Assembly: GCA_963664325.2 (NCBI GenBank)
Contig: CAXXDQ010000003.1
Span: 608,001-672,000, forward strand
Direction of reading: 5' to 3'
Source: Desulfomonilia bacterium
GTDB taxonomy: Bacteria; Desulfobacterota; Desulfomonilia; UBA1062
DNA: 64,000 bases
Shown: positions 39,912-50,407 of the stretch, in pieces
Numbering within the stretch: position 1 is the stretch's first letter
Layout of the letters: each line of letters starts with the position of its first letter
Translations under genes and position numbers: made by a program
The notes under the pieces: model-generated
Database searches by the model: none
What the model saw: the letters and a program-made list of their open reading frames with translations, nothing else
Told to the model about the DNA's origin: nothing

Positions 39912-42527
39912 ATGAGAAAAGCCAGATTTACCATGATAACACGGGCATTCATTATTTTTGCCGTACTGACTCTCTTTGCCGCCTGCGGCGGCGGAGGCGG
40001 CGGGGGTGGCGGAGGCGGAGATACTGCCCCGAGCGTTGAAGGGACAAAGCCGCCGGTTGCACACACCGGGCCGGACCAGACCGTTGCAGAGGGTAGTACA
40101 GTAACCCTCGATGCGTCAAATTCCACCGATCCGGATGACGGAATAGCCTCCTACAGATGGGAACAGACAGGAGGTCCCGCAGTCGTCCTCTCCGATGCGA
40201 GTGCCATACAGCCGACCTTCACGGCTCCCAATGTGGGTGTCGGCGGAGCGGCGCTGACCTTCAGGCTTACGGTGACCGATAATGGAGGCCTCAAGTCGAG
40301 TGCCACCTGTATCGTTAACGTTACATGGGAAAACGAACCGCCAACAGCCGTTACCGGGCCGGATCAGACCGTTGCAGAGGGCAGCGTTGTAACCCTCGAT
40401 GGATCAAATTCAAATGATCCGGATGACGGAATCGCCTCCTACGGCTGGGAACAGACAGAAGGTCCCGCGGTTACCCTCTCCGATGCGAGTGCCATACAGC
40501 CGACCTTTACGGCCCCCAATGTGGGGATCGGCGGAGCGGCGCTGACTTTTAGGCTTACGGTGACCGATAATGGAGGCCTCAAGTCGAGTGCCACCTGTAT
40601 CGTTAACGTTACATGGGAAAACAAGCCGCCCACAGCCATTACCGGGCCGGACCAGACCGTAGCAGAGGGCAGCGTTGTAACTCTCGATGCGTCAAATTCT
40701 ATTGATCCGGACGACGGAATATCATCTTATGGCTGGACACAGACAGAAGGTCCCGCGGTTACCCTCTCCGATGCGAGTGCCATACAGCCGACCTTTACGG
40801 CCCCCAATGTTGATGATAGCGGTGCGGCCCTGAAATTCGAACTGACCGTTACCGACAATGGCGGGCTGAAGAATACCGCAACATGCATTGTAAATGTTAC
40901 GGGGATCAATGATCCTCCCACGGCAATCACGGGTCCAACCCAAACTGTGGGCGAACTGGTCGTTGTCACCCTGGATGGTTCTAAATCAACCGATCCCGAA
41001 AATGAGACACTCTCCTATGCATGGAAACAGATCGGGGGACAATCTGTGACCTTGTCCAATGCAAGCGTTTCCAACCCGACTTTTACCACCCCAACAGTCG
41101 GCACGACCGGAGAGGCCCTGACCTTTGAGCTTACAGTTACCGACCAGGGCGGCCTTCAATCTTCAGCGACCTGTATAATCAACATCACATGGAGAAATAA
41201 ACCGCCCAAGGCCGAAGCCGGTCCCAATCAGACCGTGGAGGATGAAACAACTGTAACGCTGGACGGCACTGCATCAACCGATCCGGACGACAATATCGCT
41301 TCGTACCTCTGGCAGCAGACCGTCGGGATATCGGTCACACTTTCCGATGCGAGTTCCGCACAACCGAGTTTTACAGCACCCAATGTGGGACCAAAAGGGG
41401 CGACCCTCACCTTCAAACTCACGGTAACCGACAAGGGCGGACTCAAGGCAAGCGATACCTGCACTGTGACCATACAGCGTAATCCTGCACATGCCGCCGC
41501 GCACCTGCTCGAAGATACCCTTTATACAGCTTATGCGGGTATTGGATACGGCAATGCAGATAATACCATCGACGATGCACCTCTCTATAATATCATGCTT
41601 GACGACCTGAACACCGTCGCCGGAGATTTTGTTGTTAATACCATCTTTAATGATCCCGATGTGCTGAATAAGCTTTTATTCCGTGTTCTGCTGGGACTTA
41701 CAACCACCTTTAAATTCACAAACAGTTCCGGGGTTGTAAGCAGCCTCTTTTTTGATCCCGGTGCCATGGTCAACGGGTACCGGTCCTTTGCAGCTGATTT
41801 GTCTGTCGATTTCAACTCCACGGGATATGCATGGGAAAGCTGCCAGTACTATGGCGACGGCGGGGGTGTAGACCTCACAGCCCATGTGACCGGTTATTTC
41901 AAGGCCACCACGGCCGGGCTGGATGAATTATACCTGGGCTCGGTCATGATCCAGGCTCAGAATACCCTGATTGCCGTTTATCCGATTGGAGAGGTGGTAT
42001 ATAACCAGTGGAAGATAGCATATCCGGTCTACTACGGAGAAGTAGATCCGACCTACGCATCAGGCGGGTCCATCACACCCGTGAATGCCAAAATACTTCC
42101 CATCATCATCTCCGAACCTACATCGAACGCCGATTTCCGTGACTATACACTCAGTGGAGGATTTGTACTTAACGGCAAAGCCTATTCATTCTCTCCCGAC
42201 GGCATCCGCTACCGCCAGTATCAGTACGATTACCCGGAAAACGGGACCACTGTATCCAAGACGCTTCTGTCTCTCAACGGCAAGCTTACGCCACCGGGCC
42301 AGACAGACTTGGTCACCGTAGCGACTTCGGAGGATGTAATCGATCCTGTCGGCAGCAATACTATTATTCGCGATACCAACGGGACCTGGATCTCCGGCCT
42401 GATGAGCTTCTCAGGGATCAGCACTGCTTTGCAGGTGAATTTCAGCAGCAACGGCTCGTGCACTTTCTCAGGCGGGGATCAGGGGACATGGTCTGTTGCC
42501 GGATGGCAGAATTACCTTAAACCTTAA
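39912..42527 (+). CDS. Surface lipoprotein with five PKD/Ig-like repeats and a unique C-terminal domain
   Basis: Lipobox FAAC, poly-Gly linker, repeats GPDQTV.EG..VTLD.S.S.DPDD.I.SY.W.Q..GP.V.LS..PTFTAP..LTF.LTVTD.GGL. Confidence 0.9.
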   Translation: MRKARFTMITRAFIIFAVLTLFAACGGGGGGGGGGGDTAPSVEGTKPPVAHTGPDQTVAEGSTVTLDASNSTDPDDGIASYRWEQTGGPAVVLSDASAIQPTFTAPNVGVGGAALTFRLTVTDNGGLKSSATCIVNVTWENEPPTAVTGPDQTVAEGSVVTLDGSNSNDPDDGIASYGWEQTEGPAVTLSDASAIQPTFTAPNVGIGGAALTFRLTVTDNGGLKSSATCIVNVTWENKPPTAITGPDQTVAEGSVVTLDASNSIDPDDGISSYGWTQTEGPAVTLSDASAIQPTFTAPNVDDSGAALKFELTVTDNGGLKNTATCIVNVTGINDPPTAITGPTQTVGELVVVTLDGSKSTDPENETLSYAWKQIGGQSVTLSNASVSNPTFTTPTVGTTGEALTFELTVTDQGGLQSSATCIINITWRNKPPKAEAGPNQTVEDETTVTLDGTASTDPDDNIASYLWQQTVGISVTLSDASSAQPSFTAPNVGPKGATLTFKLTVTDKGGLKASDTCTVTIQRNPAHAAAHLLEDTLYTAYAGIGYGNADNTIDDAPLYNIMLDDLNTVAGDFVVNTIFNDPDVLNKLLFRVLLGLTTTFKFTNSSGVVSSLFFDPGAMVNGYRSFAADLSVDFNSTGYAWESCQYYGDGGGVDLTAHVTGYFKATTAGLDELYLGSVMIQAQNTLIAVYPIGEVVYNQWKIAYPVYYGEVDPTYASGGSITPVNAKILPIIISEPTSNADFRDYTLSGGFVLNGKAYSFSPDGIRYRQYQYDYPENGTTVSKTLLSLNGKLTPPGQTDLVTVATSEDVIDPVGSNTIIRDTNGTWISGLMSFSGISTALQVNFSSNGSCTFSGGDQGTWSVAGWQNYLKP
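40050..41480 (+). repeat. Intragenic tandem repeats with a 288-bp period
   Basis: accgggccgga anchor at 40065, 40353 and 40641; units 1-3 are near-identical in DNA, units 4-5 diverged. Confidence 0.9.
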
Positions 42528-42538
42528 AACGCTATACA

Positions 42539-42560
42539 GGGGATGGCATGTGCCATCCCC
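42539..42560. terminator. Hairpin between convergent genes
   Basis: ggggatggca-tg-tgccatcccc. Confidence 0.5.
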
Positions 42561-42639
42561 GACTATGAACAAGGAGCGGCTCATACCGGAGTGCACATCC
42601 CGGCGAGCGGCCTCCGGTCTCTATGATAATCAGAAAGAT

Positions 42640-43257
42640 TTACCCGCCGGTGATCAGTCCCCTGATGCCGGCAACAATGTTCTCTACAGAAAGCGCTGCA
42701 AGTATCAGACCCATTATCCGGCTCAGCACGTCAGTTCCATCGCGCTTGAGCAATTTTAATATGGGCTCGGCCAGCCTCAGGCAGAGCCATGTTACGGTCA
42801 GCATGACGATAACAAGAAAGCCCGTAGCCATAAGATCGGGTATGCTGTTCCTGTTGCTGTCGGAGAGAACCATGACCGCCATTATAGACGCCGGACCCGC
42901 TATCATGGGCATGGCGAGAGGGAAAATAGCCATATCGCCTTCGGATTTGCCGCCTTCTTCTCCACCCCATCCCGTGTGTGTGTCGTAGAGCACCATTCTG
43001 AGCGCAATTATGAAAAGGATTATGCCGCCTGCTATCTTGAATGAATCCATGCCTATTCCCAGCGAGTTGAGCAGAACCTGCCCGAGCACCATGAAACCCA
43101 AAAGAAGCACGCCACTTACCAGCACCGCCTTGACCGAGATTCTGGCCCTCTGTTTGTCGTCGAGCCTGCCTGCCAGGGCCAGGAAAACCGGGATAAGCCC
43201 GACCGGGTCTATTACCACGAACAGTGTTGTGAACTGCTGTAAAAGAGTCTGTTTCAT
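42640..43257 (-). CDS. MarC-family membrane protein
   Basis: LFVVIDPVG, SFKIAGGI, IFPLAMPMIAGP, SRIMGLILAAL. Confidence 0.92.
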   Translation of the reverse strand: MKQTLLQQFTTLFVVIDPVGLIPVFLALAGRLDDKQRARISVKAVLVSGVLLLGFMVLGQVLLNSLGIGMDSFKIAGGIILFIIALRMVLYDTHTGWGGEEGGKSEGDMAIFPLAMPMIAGPASIMAVMVLSDSNRNSIPDLMATGFLVIVMLTVTWLCLRLAEPILKLLKRDGTDVLSRIMGLILAALSVENIVAGIRGLITGG

Positions 43258-43314
43258 GAAAGTCCTTTCGGTCTTTGAGTTGATTTATTCCAGCCCAGCC
43301 CATATATTATACCC

Positions 43315-44208
43315 ATGCATGAACCTGAACAACTGGTAATTAGGCCACCGAGCGAAGCGCGGAGTCTTCTCGTAAGGCTTTCGCGCGGCTGCGACTGGAA
43401 CAGATGCCTTTTCTGCGGCATATATGATCTGTTCGGCACACCCTATTCAACGCGAACCGCAGGCGAGGTCAAGCTCGATATCGACGCCCTTGCCGAAAGA
43501 CATTCAGGCTGGTTCAAAACGGCATTTCTCGGTGACGCCAATCCCTTGAACCTGCCCTCTGAAGACCTGGTGGAAATACTGAAACATCTCAAGAAAAAGT
43601 TTCCGGCAGTCGCCCGTGTGACTGCTTACGGCAGGGCTTCGAGCATCTGGAAGAAGACCGATGAGGAACTCAGGGCTATCAGGGAAGCGGGGCTGGACAG
43701 GCTCCACGTGGGAATGGAAAGCGGCTCCGATGAAGTTCTCAGGCTGCAGAAAAAGGGGACCAGTTCAAAGCAGCTTATTGAAACGGGACAAAGGGCCAGG
43801 GCAGCCGGTTTTGAAGTAAGCTTTTACCTTCTACTGGGGCTTGGCGGTCAGGCCCTCAGCAAAGAGCATGTCCTTGGTTCCGTAAGGGTCATAAATGAGG
43901 CCAGGCCCGATTTCGTACGTGTGCGAAGGCTCTGGGTTCATCCCGCGTCGCGTCTGAGCGCTCTTATTGAATCAGGAGAATTCAGGGAGCAGACGCCTGA
44001 AGGGACTGTCATCGAGTTAAGGGACATTCTTTCAGGGCTGACATGCGACGGCACCTATTTCACATGTGATCATGCAAACAATTATATCCAGGTACACGGC
44101 GAGCTCATGAAGGACAAACCGGCCATGCTGAGTGTGATTGAGAAGTTTCTCAAACTGCCGGAAGCTCAAAGAAAACGGCATTATGAGAGCATGCCGTCAG
44201 TGATTTAA
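43315..44208 (+). CDS. Radical SAM protein
   Basis: IRPPSEA, GCDWNRCLFC, GMESGSD, DHANNY. Confidence 0.9.
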   Translation: MHEPEQLVIRPPSEARSLLVRLSRGCDWNRCLFCGIYDLFGTPYSTRTAGEVKLDIDALAERHSGWFKTAFLGDANPLNLPSEDLVEILKHLKKKFPAVARVTAYGRASSIWKKTDEELRAIREAGLDRLHVGMESGSDEVLRLQKKGTSSKQLIETGQRARAAGFEVSFYLLLGLGGQALSKEHVLGSVRVINEARPDFVRVRRLWVHPASRLSALIESGEFREQTPEGTVIELRDILSGLTCDGTYFTCDHANNYIQVHGELMKDKPAMLSVIEKFLKLPEAQRKRHYESMPSVI

Positions 44209-44659
44209 GAAAAGAAGGCTTCTTGAGGGAATAGCAAGTTTTTTGTGGTCTGCAACAAGTTAAACAGTAAAGAAAATCACCCATGTGGCTTCCAAAATAT
44301 GCTCTATGGAAAATATATGCAGTATTAATGCTCATCTGCTGATTAGGAACAGCAATACAAATTCTATTTTCTTGGCCGATCAGAAAAGCGGCTGCTGCCG
44401 TACTTAATTGTGCTGCCGTTAGTCTGCTAATAAAATCAGGCGACTGCCGGTACGAATGACTGCTGGATGTGAAGCATCCATTCCCTGCTTACGGATTATC
44501 TTCAGCTTTTCTATAATTCGGCGTCAGTCTTTCATACCCGAAGGCATTGCCGGAATTCCGGTAAATTATTTCCCAAAGGAACCTGTAATTTTTATAGCAT
44601 TGACAAGACACCCGGTTTTATTGTTCAGATTCCTGAAAAAGAAATTGGAGACAACGATT

Positions 44660-46003
44660 ATGAACGACTATCAGAAAGAATATCGGGAAAAGCTCGTAAG
44701 TGCGGACGAGGCTGTAAAAGTGGTCAGGTCAGGCGACTGGCTCGATTACTCCTTCGGGCTCAGCTCGCCCAACGAACTGGACAAGGCCCTTGCGAAAAGA
44801 AAAGGTGAACTCTCCGACGTAAACATCCGGGTCTGCATAGGACTGTGGCCTCACCATACGATTGAGGCGGACCCTGAAGGCAAGTCATTCCACTGGAACA
44901 GCTGGCATTTCAGCGTGAAGGAGCGCGAATATTACAACAAGGGCCAGCTTTCATATGTGCCTATGAAATTCAAGGAATGCCCTGACATGACACGAAACGA
45001 ATGCGTGCCGGCGAGGATATTCATGGCAACCGTAAGTCCGATGGACAAGCACGGGTACTTCAATTTCGGGTCTAATTCGCCTGCGTCCCTTGCAGCAGTT
45101 GAAAAGGCCGAGTGTGTGGTCCTGGAAGTGAACACCAACATGCCCAGGGTCCTTGGCGGCAACCAGGAGTGCATTCACATTTCACGGGTGGACTATATTA
45201 TCGAGACGTCGAACCCGCCGCTGCCGACAATTCCGGTACTGGAACCGAACGATATTGAAAAAAAGATCGCTTCACACATAATCGAGTACATGCATGACGG
45301 CTGCTGCCTCCAGCTCGGAATTGGCGGTGTTCCGAGCGCAATCGGCAGCATGATTTCCGAATCCGACCTGAAGGACCTGGGTGTCCATACCGAGATGTAT
45401 GTCGATGCATACCTAAAGATGTATAAGGCAGGAAGGATCACGTGTTCAAAGAAACCTATAGACCGCTACAAACAGGTCTTTTCATTTGCAATAGGCTCAA
45501 GGGACCTCTATAATTTCATTGACGACAATCCCGGCGTGATATCATACCCGGTTGACTATACCAACGACCCCAGAAACATCGCCATGATCGACGATTTTAT
45601 TTCCATAAACGCATGCATCGAGGTTGACCTCTTCGGTCAGGTGGCCTCGGAGAGCGTCGGCCACATTCACAAAAGCGGCACCGGCGGACAACTCGATTTT
45701 GTCGAGGGCGCATACAAATCAAACGGCGGAATGAGCTTTTTATGCCTCGCATCCACCTATGACAAGAAAGGCAGGGTTCTTTCGAGAATCAGGCCGACTC
45801 TCGATCCCGGAACGATCGTGACCTGCCCGAGGACGGCGGTTCATATGATAGCGACCGAATACGGCGTGGTGAGCATGAAGGGAAAGAGCACCTGGGAAAG
45901 GGCCGAGGCCCTGATATCGATAGCGCATCCGGACTTCAGGGACTGGCTTATTAAGGAGGCGGGGAAGATGAAGATATGGAAGCGGTCGAATAAGATAAGT
46001 TAA
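44660..46003 (+). CDS. Acetyl-CoA hydrolase / butyryl-CoA:acetate CoA-transferase family protein
   Basis: [45 protein letters not shown]; GGAG RBS before ATG 44660. Confidence 0.93.
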   Translation: MNDYQKEYREKLVSADEAVKVVRSGDWLDYSFGLSSPNELDKALAKRKGELSDVNIRVCIGLWPHHTIEADPEGKSFHWNSWHFSVKEREYYNKGQLSYVPMKFKECPDMTRNECVPARIFMATVSPMDKHGYFNFGSNSPASLAAVEKAECVVLEVNTNMPRVLGGNQECIHISRVDYIIETSNPPLPTIPVLEPNDIEKKIASHIIEYMHDGCCLQLGIGGVPSAIGSMISESDLKDLGVHTEMYVDAYLKMYKAGRITCSKKPIDRYKQVFSFAIGSRDLYNFIDDNPGVISYPVDYTNDPRNIAMIDDFISINACIEVDLFGQVASESVGHIHKSGTGGQLDFVEGAYKSNGGMSFLCLASTYDKKGRVLSRIRPTLDPGTIVTCPRTAVHMIATEYGVVSMKGKSTWERAEALISIAHPDFRDWLIKEAGKMKIWKRSNKIS

Positions 46004-46007
46004 TATT

Positions 46008-46028
46008 GTGGTGAGTGGTGAGTGGTGA
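46008..46028. repeat. Heptamer tandem repeat (GTGGTGA x3) just after a stop codon
   Basis: Reverse complement of the TCACCAC unit. Confidence 0.75.
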
Positions 46029-46066
46029 GAAAAACCTGAAAGAACAATGATTCCAAGGGAGAGTAA

Positions 46067-46603
46067 ATGACCATATTCATAATCGTCGGCATGCCCGCCT
46101 CCGGCAAGAACTGTGCTAGGGATTATGCCGGGGCCAAAGGTTACCCGTATTTTGCCACAGGCGATATAGTCAGGATGGAGGTGGCAAAACTGGGTCTTGA
46201 AGCGAATGCCGAGAACACGGGAAAAGTCTCGACCGGGATGAGGGGTGCGGACGGACTAGGTATAACCCGTCAGGCTCTGGAAACCGCGCTTTCCAATGAT
46301 TCACCTGTCGTATTCCTTGAAGGCATGCGGTCCTGGCAGGAGATTGTTCTGGTCAGGGAAAAGGCCAGGGCCTGTGTGGTTGCGTTTCTTGCCCCGCGGG
46401 AAATGAGGCGGGGACGTATCATAAACCGTGGCCGCGCCGATGATTCGGCGGATGCATTCGACGCGCGAGACATGCGCGAGATTGAGTACGGAACAGCCGT
46501 TCCTGTGGCACTGGCCGATGCCTATGTCGTTAATACAGGCTCGATTGAAGATGCCATTCAAACCCTCGATAGCATTGTGAATGAGTCATTAAACAGGGAT
46601 TGA
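46067..46603 (+). CDS. P-loop kinase, archaeal-type dephospho-CoA kinase (UPF0200)-like
   Basis: GMPASGK, GDIVR, EGMRS..E, RGRADD, RDMRE. Confidence 0.75.
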   Translation: MTIFIIVGMPASGKNCARDYAGAKGYPYFATGDIVRMEVAKLGLEANAENTGKVSTGMRGADGLGITRQALETALSNDSPVVFLEGMRSWQEIVLVREKARACVVAFLAPREMRRGRIINRGRADDSADAFDARDMREIEYGTAVPVALADAYVVNTGSIEDAIQTLDSIVNESLNRD

Positions 46604-46610
46604 GCTGAAC

Positions 46611-46931
46611 ATGTCCTGGGTAATTTTGTTTTTTGCCGGGCTTTCCGAGATATGCTGGGCAGTCGGCATGAAGTACTCCGATGGATTTACAAGACCCTGG
46701 CCGAGCATATTCACTGTAGGCTTCATGCTGATAAGTATCTTCCTTCTCGGGCAGGCGTTAAAAACGCTTCCGGTCGGTACTGCTTATGCGGTCTGGACCG
46801 GGATAGGCGCCATCGGGACTGCTGTCTGCGGCATGATTCTCTTTGGCGAACCAAGGGATGCAGCCAGACTTTTTTGCATATTTCTGATCGTGGCCGGCAT
46901 TGTCGGTTTAAAACTGGTTACAAAAACTTAG
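46611..46931 (+). CDS. sugE: SMR-family exporter SugE/Gdx
   Basis: AGLSEICWAVGMKYSDGFTR, LPVGTAYAVWTGIGA, GIVGLKL. Confidence 0.9.
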   Translation: MSWVILFFAGLSEICWAVGMKYSDGFTRPWPSIFTVGFMLISIFLLGQALKTLPVGTAYAVWTGIGAIGTAVCGMILFGEPRDAARLFCIFLIVAGIVGLKLVTKT

Positions 46932-46946
46932 ATTAAGGTCTGTTGC

Positions 46947-47762
46947 TCAGCTTTCAAAAAGAAGGCTGAGGCCTGCTTTAAAATAAAGGTCGGAAGCGTC
47001 CGTCGGATGTTTGAACTTTGCATAGCCTGAAACATATGCCGACATTGCCTGTTTACCGGCCGTAAAAGTCTTTCCCACTCCTCCCCCCAGCGGAACGGTC
47101 CACTGCTGGGAGTCCGGCAATTCGTAATTGCAGGTAAACTCGGGGTCGATGAATATATACCAGCCTTGAGCGTTATTGAGATATATAAAGGGTCTGATAC
47201 CAAGTTCACTGATATCGCCCCGGCTCCCGGGTCCTGCAAACGAAAAGAGGCCGTCAGCAGCGATTCCTGCCACCATGGCCCCATCGGTATAAACCAGGGT
47301 AACAGCAGGTCCTGCCGTCCATCTTCCGGTGCCGAGGAGATTGTCTGTAGCCGTAGGGATGCCGATTATCGGTCCTATTCCCCAGGAAAAGCCCTTTTGA
47401 GAGGCATCGGCCAGGTATGCCTTTATTTTGATATCGCCGAGGCCTGCCTGTTCCTCTGGCCACGGGACATAGGCAAGGGGGATCTCGGGCCTGATCACTA
47501 TATCCATTCCTGAACCTGCCGGAACAGGCAGGACAGGTTTGATGTTAAAAATGTTCATGATGTCGTTGCGGCTGGGACCGTACCTGAAAAATGCCGAATC
47601 CTCGAATGACACGCTTTGAATACCGTCCGCAGGGTTTTCCAGACGTTCGGACAGAATCAGAAGCCTGTTAGAGGCATTATCGCCTGCAAAGACATAGCCG
47701 GGCAGGCATAGAACAGAAAGCATGAACAGGGATATCAGGCCCCTATATCTTGTGCATATCAT
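46947..47762 (-). CDS. Exported putative outer-membrane beta-barrel protein (paralog of 38757-39617)
   Basis: Signal peptide; ENP, GLGDI, WGIGP..PTAT..LGTGRW.AGP, WTVPLGGGVG; ATGA overlap with the glgP stop. Confidence 0.7.
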   Translation of the reverse strand: MICTRYRGLISLFMLSVLCLPGYVFAGDNASNRLLILSERLENPADGIQSVSFEDSAFFRYGPSRNDIMNIFNIKPVLPVPAGSGMDIVIRPEIPLAYVPWPEEQAGLGDIKIKAYLADASQKGFSWGIGPIIGIPTATDNLLGTGRWTAGPAVTLVYTDGAMVAGIAADGLFSFAGPGSRGDISELGIRPFIYLNNAQGWYIFIDPEFTCNYELPDSQQWTVPLGGGVGKTFTAGKQAMSAYVSGYAKFKHPTDASDLYFKAGLSLLFES

Positions 47763-50242
47763 TTGGAGAGCTTGATGCCCCAGATATTTTCGCAGTATTC
47801 CCTGATGGACCGGTCGGATGAGAACTTGCCCATTCTGGCTACATTAAGAACCGACATCTCGGTCCAGTGCTCTTTATTCCTGTAAGCATGGGATACACTG
47901 TCCTGGCATTCGATGTATGACTGGTAGTCGGCAAAAAGCATGAATGTGTCATAATTCAAAAGGCTGTCGACCAGGGGTTTGAAGAGCTCCCTGTCTCCAC
48001 CTGAAAAATAGCCCGAGCTTATGAGGTCGATTGCCTCCCTGAGTTCCGGGTTTGCTTCATAGAGGCTGCGTGGCGAATATCCTTCATCCCTGAGCTTATG
48101 CACCTCGTCTGCCGTCCTGCCGAATAGGAAGAAATTGTCTTTGCCCACCTCCTGCCTGATCTCTATGTTCGCCCCGTCGAGCGTTCCGATTGTGAGGGCG
48201 CCGTTGAATGAGAATTTCATGTTGCCCGTGCCCGAGGCCTCGAGACCCGCCGTAGAGATCTGCTCGGAAAGGTCCGCCGCAGGATAGATCCTCTGTCCTG
48301 ACTTGACTCCGAAATCCGGGAAGAAGACCACCCTCAAGATATCTTTCGAAACAGGGTCGCTGTTCACCTTGTCGCCTACGGAGTTTATAAGCTTGATGAT
48401 TAACTTGGCCATATAATATCCGGGCGCGGCCTTGCCGCCGAATATGAATGTACGGGGCGTTGTCTCAAAGCCGGGATTGTGCCTGAGCCTGTTGTATAGT
48501 GTTATTATGTTAAGGACATTCAAATGCTGCCTCTTGTACTCATGGATGCGTTTTACCTGGCAGTCGAACATGGAAGAGGGGTCAACGTCTATGCCGGTCT
48601 TGTCTTTTATAAGTTTCGCTAGGCCGCACTTGTTGTCATGCTTTATATTCCGCCATTTTTCGCAAAAGGATCTGTCCTGTGCCTTTGGTTCAAGCTTTCT
48701 GAGCTCCTCCGGTTTGGTGACCCATGCATCGCCGATGGCCTCTTTTATGAGATCGCTCATGGCCGGGTTGCTTAAAAGTATCCACCTTCTCGGCGTAACG
48801 CCGTTTGTTATGTTGAGGAACTTTTCAGGCCACATATCATAAAAGTCCTTCAGCAGCTGGTTTTTGACAAGTTCGGAATGCAACTCCGCAACGCCGTTTA
48901 TCTTGTGGCTTCCTATGCATGCAAGATGGGCCATCCTTACGTGGCGGTCTCCGGTTTCGTCTATTATCGAAAGCCTTTTCACCTTTTCCTCATCGCCGGG
49001 GAACATGCGCCTTACTTCACCCAGGAACCGGCGGTTTATTTCGTATATGATCTCAATGTGGCGCGGGAGGATATGGTTGAACAGCTCGAAGTCCCACTTT
49101 TCAAGCGCCTCGGGCATGAGAGTGTGGTTTGTGTAGGAAAAGGTATTGACGGTTACTTCCCATGCCTTGTCCCAGTCAAGATTGTGTTCGTCGACAAGGA
49201 GTCTCATCAGCTCGGCAACTGCGATCGAAGGGTGCGTGTCATTGAGCTGCACAGCCCAGATTCTGTGAAATTCCCGGGCGGGTATTTCGATGTCAATCAA
49301 TGTTCTGAGCATATCCTGCAGCGAGCACGAAACAAAGAAATACTGCTGGGCAAGCCTGAGCTGCCTGCCTGAGAAATTCTCGTCATTAGGGTAAAGCACC
49401 TTGGTTATGTTTTCCGAATATATCTTGTCTTCGACGGCCTTGTAATAATCGCCGTGGTTGAAAGCCTGGAAATCGAAGGATTCCGCGGCCTCGGCCTTCC
49501 AGAGTCTCATCAGGCTGCAGTTTGAAACCCGGTAGCCGGGTATCCACATATCGTATGCAATGCCGCGCACCTCATGGTGAGGAATCCACTTCACCCTGTA
49601 GCGGCCTTTTTCATCGGTATAGGACTCGGTATGTCCGCTGATTTTAATGTTAACAGCCAGCTCCGGTCTTGCGATTTCCCATGGGTTGCCGTCCTGCAGC
49701 CACTTGTCGGTCACTTCATGCTGCCAGCCGTCTTGAATTACCTGATCGAATATCCCGAACTCATACCTGATGCCGTAGCCTATTGCCGGGATTTCAAGGG
49801 TCGCCAGCGAATCGAGGTAGCATGATGCAAGCCTCCCCAGTCCTCCGTTCCCCAGGCCGGGTTCATGCTCCTGCCCCAGGATATAATTGAGACTGTATCC
49901 CTGCGCCTTGAGGGCATTCAGGACTTCATCGAATATTCCAAGATTGATAAGGTTGTTCCCGAGCTGAGGGCCTACCAGAAACTCGGCGGAAAAATACGCA
50001 ACGGCCTTGGTCGCTCTTTGAAAATCGGCCAGCATGCTTTCGGACTCTCGCATGATCATCCTGTCGCGCACGATGTAAGCGAACGCCATGAAGGCATCGT
50101 TCCTGGTGATCTTGAGTGTCATAAGCCTGCCCTGCATGCAGAGCAGCTGGTCTTCAAACGCCTGCCTTAAATCTTCAAGCTTGAGCCCGAACCTGACGGA
50201 ATCCGTTCTTTTCCTCGCTTCCTGTATTAATTTTTCTTCCAT
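47759..50242 (-). CDS. glgP: Glycogen/starch phosphorylase
   Basis: GLGNGGLGRLA, QLNDTHP, VKRIHEYKRQ, EASGTGNMKF, FSSDRSI. Confidence 0.98.
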   Translation of the reverse strand: MEEKLIQEARKRTDSVRFGLKLEDLRQAFEDQLLCMQGRLMTLKITRNDAFMAFAYIVRDRMIMRESESMLADFQRATKAVAYFSAEFLVGPQLGNNLINLGIFDEVLNALKAQGYSLNYILGQEHEPGLGNGGLGRLASCYLDSLATLEIPAIGYGIRYEFGIFDQVIQDGWQHEVTDKWLQDGNPWEIARPELAVNIKISGHTESYTDEKGRYRVKWIPHHEVRGIAYDMWIPGYRVSNCSLMRLWKAEAAESFDFQAFNHGDYYKAVEDKIYSENITKVLYPNDENFSGRQLRLAQQYFFVSCSLQDMLRTLIDIEIPAREFHRIWAVQLNDTHPSIAVAELMRLLVDEHNLDWDKAWEVTVNTFSYTNHTLMPEALEKWDFELFNHILPRHIEIIYEINRRFLGEVRRMFPGDEEKVKRLSIIDETGDRHVRMAHLACIGSHKINGVAELHSELVKNQLLKDFYDMWPEKFLNITNGVTPRRWILLSNPAMSDLIKEAIGDAWVTKPEELRKLEPKAQDRSFCEKWRNIKHDNKCGLAKLIKDKTGIDVDPSSMFDCQVKRIHEYKRQHLNVLNIITLYNRLRHNPGFETTPRTFIFGGKAAPGYYMAKLIIKLINSVGDKVNSDPVSKDILRVVFFPDFGVKSGQRIYPAADLSEQISTAGLEASGTGNMKFSFNGALTIGTLDGANIEIRQEVGKDNFFLFGRTADEVHKLRDEGYSPRSLYEANPELREAIDLISSGYFSGGDRELFKPLVDSLLNYDTFMLFADYQSYIECQDSVSHAYRNKEHWTEMSVLNVARMGKFSSDRSIREYCENIWGIKLSK

Positions 50243-50407
50243 TCTGTCTCCTGCATCACATTTAAAATTTAAAAATAATACCCATGATTTTATTCGGCCG
50301 GCCCGGGTTTAAACTTGAGTGGATTATATGGATTCGGAAACAGCCGGCCCTGGAAATTACCGGGCAATATGATTACTGGGCCGGCAGATATATGTAAGTT
50401 AATATTC

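Noticed and set aside
40050-41480. CRISPR-like or DGR-like repeat array
   Set aside because: The repeats are in-frame 96-codon protein domains with no spacers, and there is no cas or reverse transcriptase gene in the window.
46004-46610. Guanidine riboswitch upstream of sugE
   Set aside because: sugE follows the kinase gene after 7 bp, and no ykkC or twin ACG-loop hairpin motif is visible upstream.
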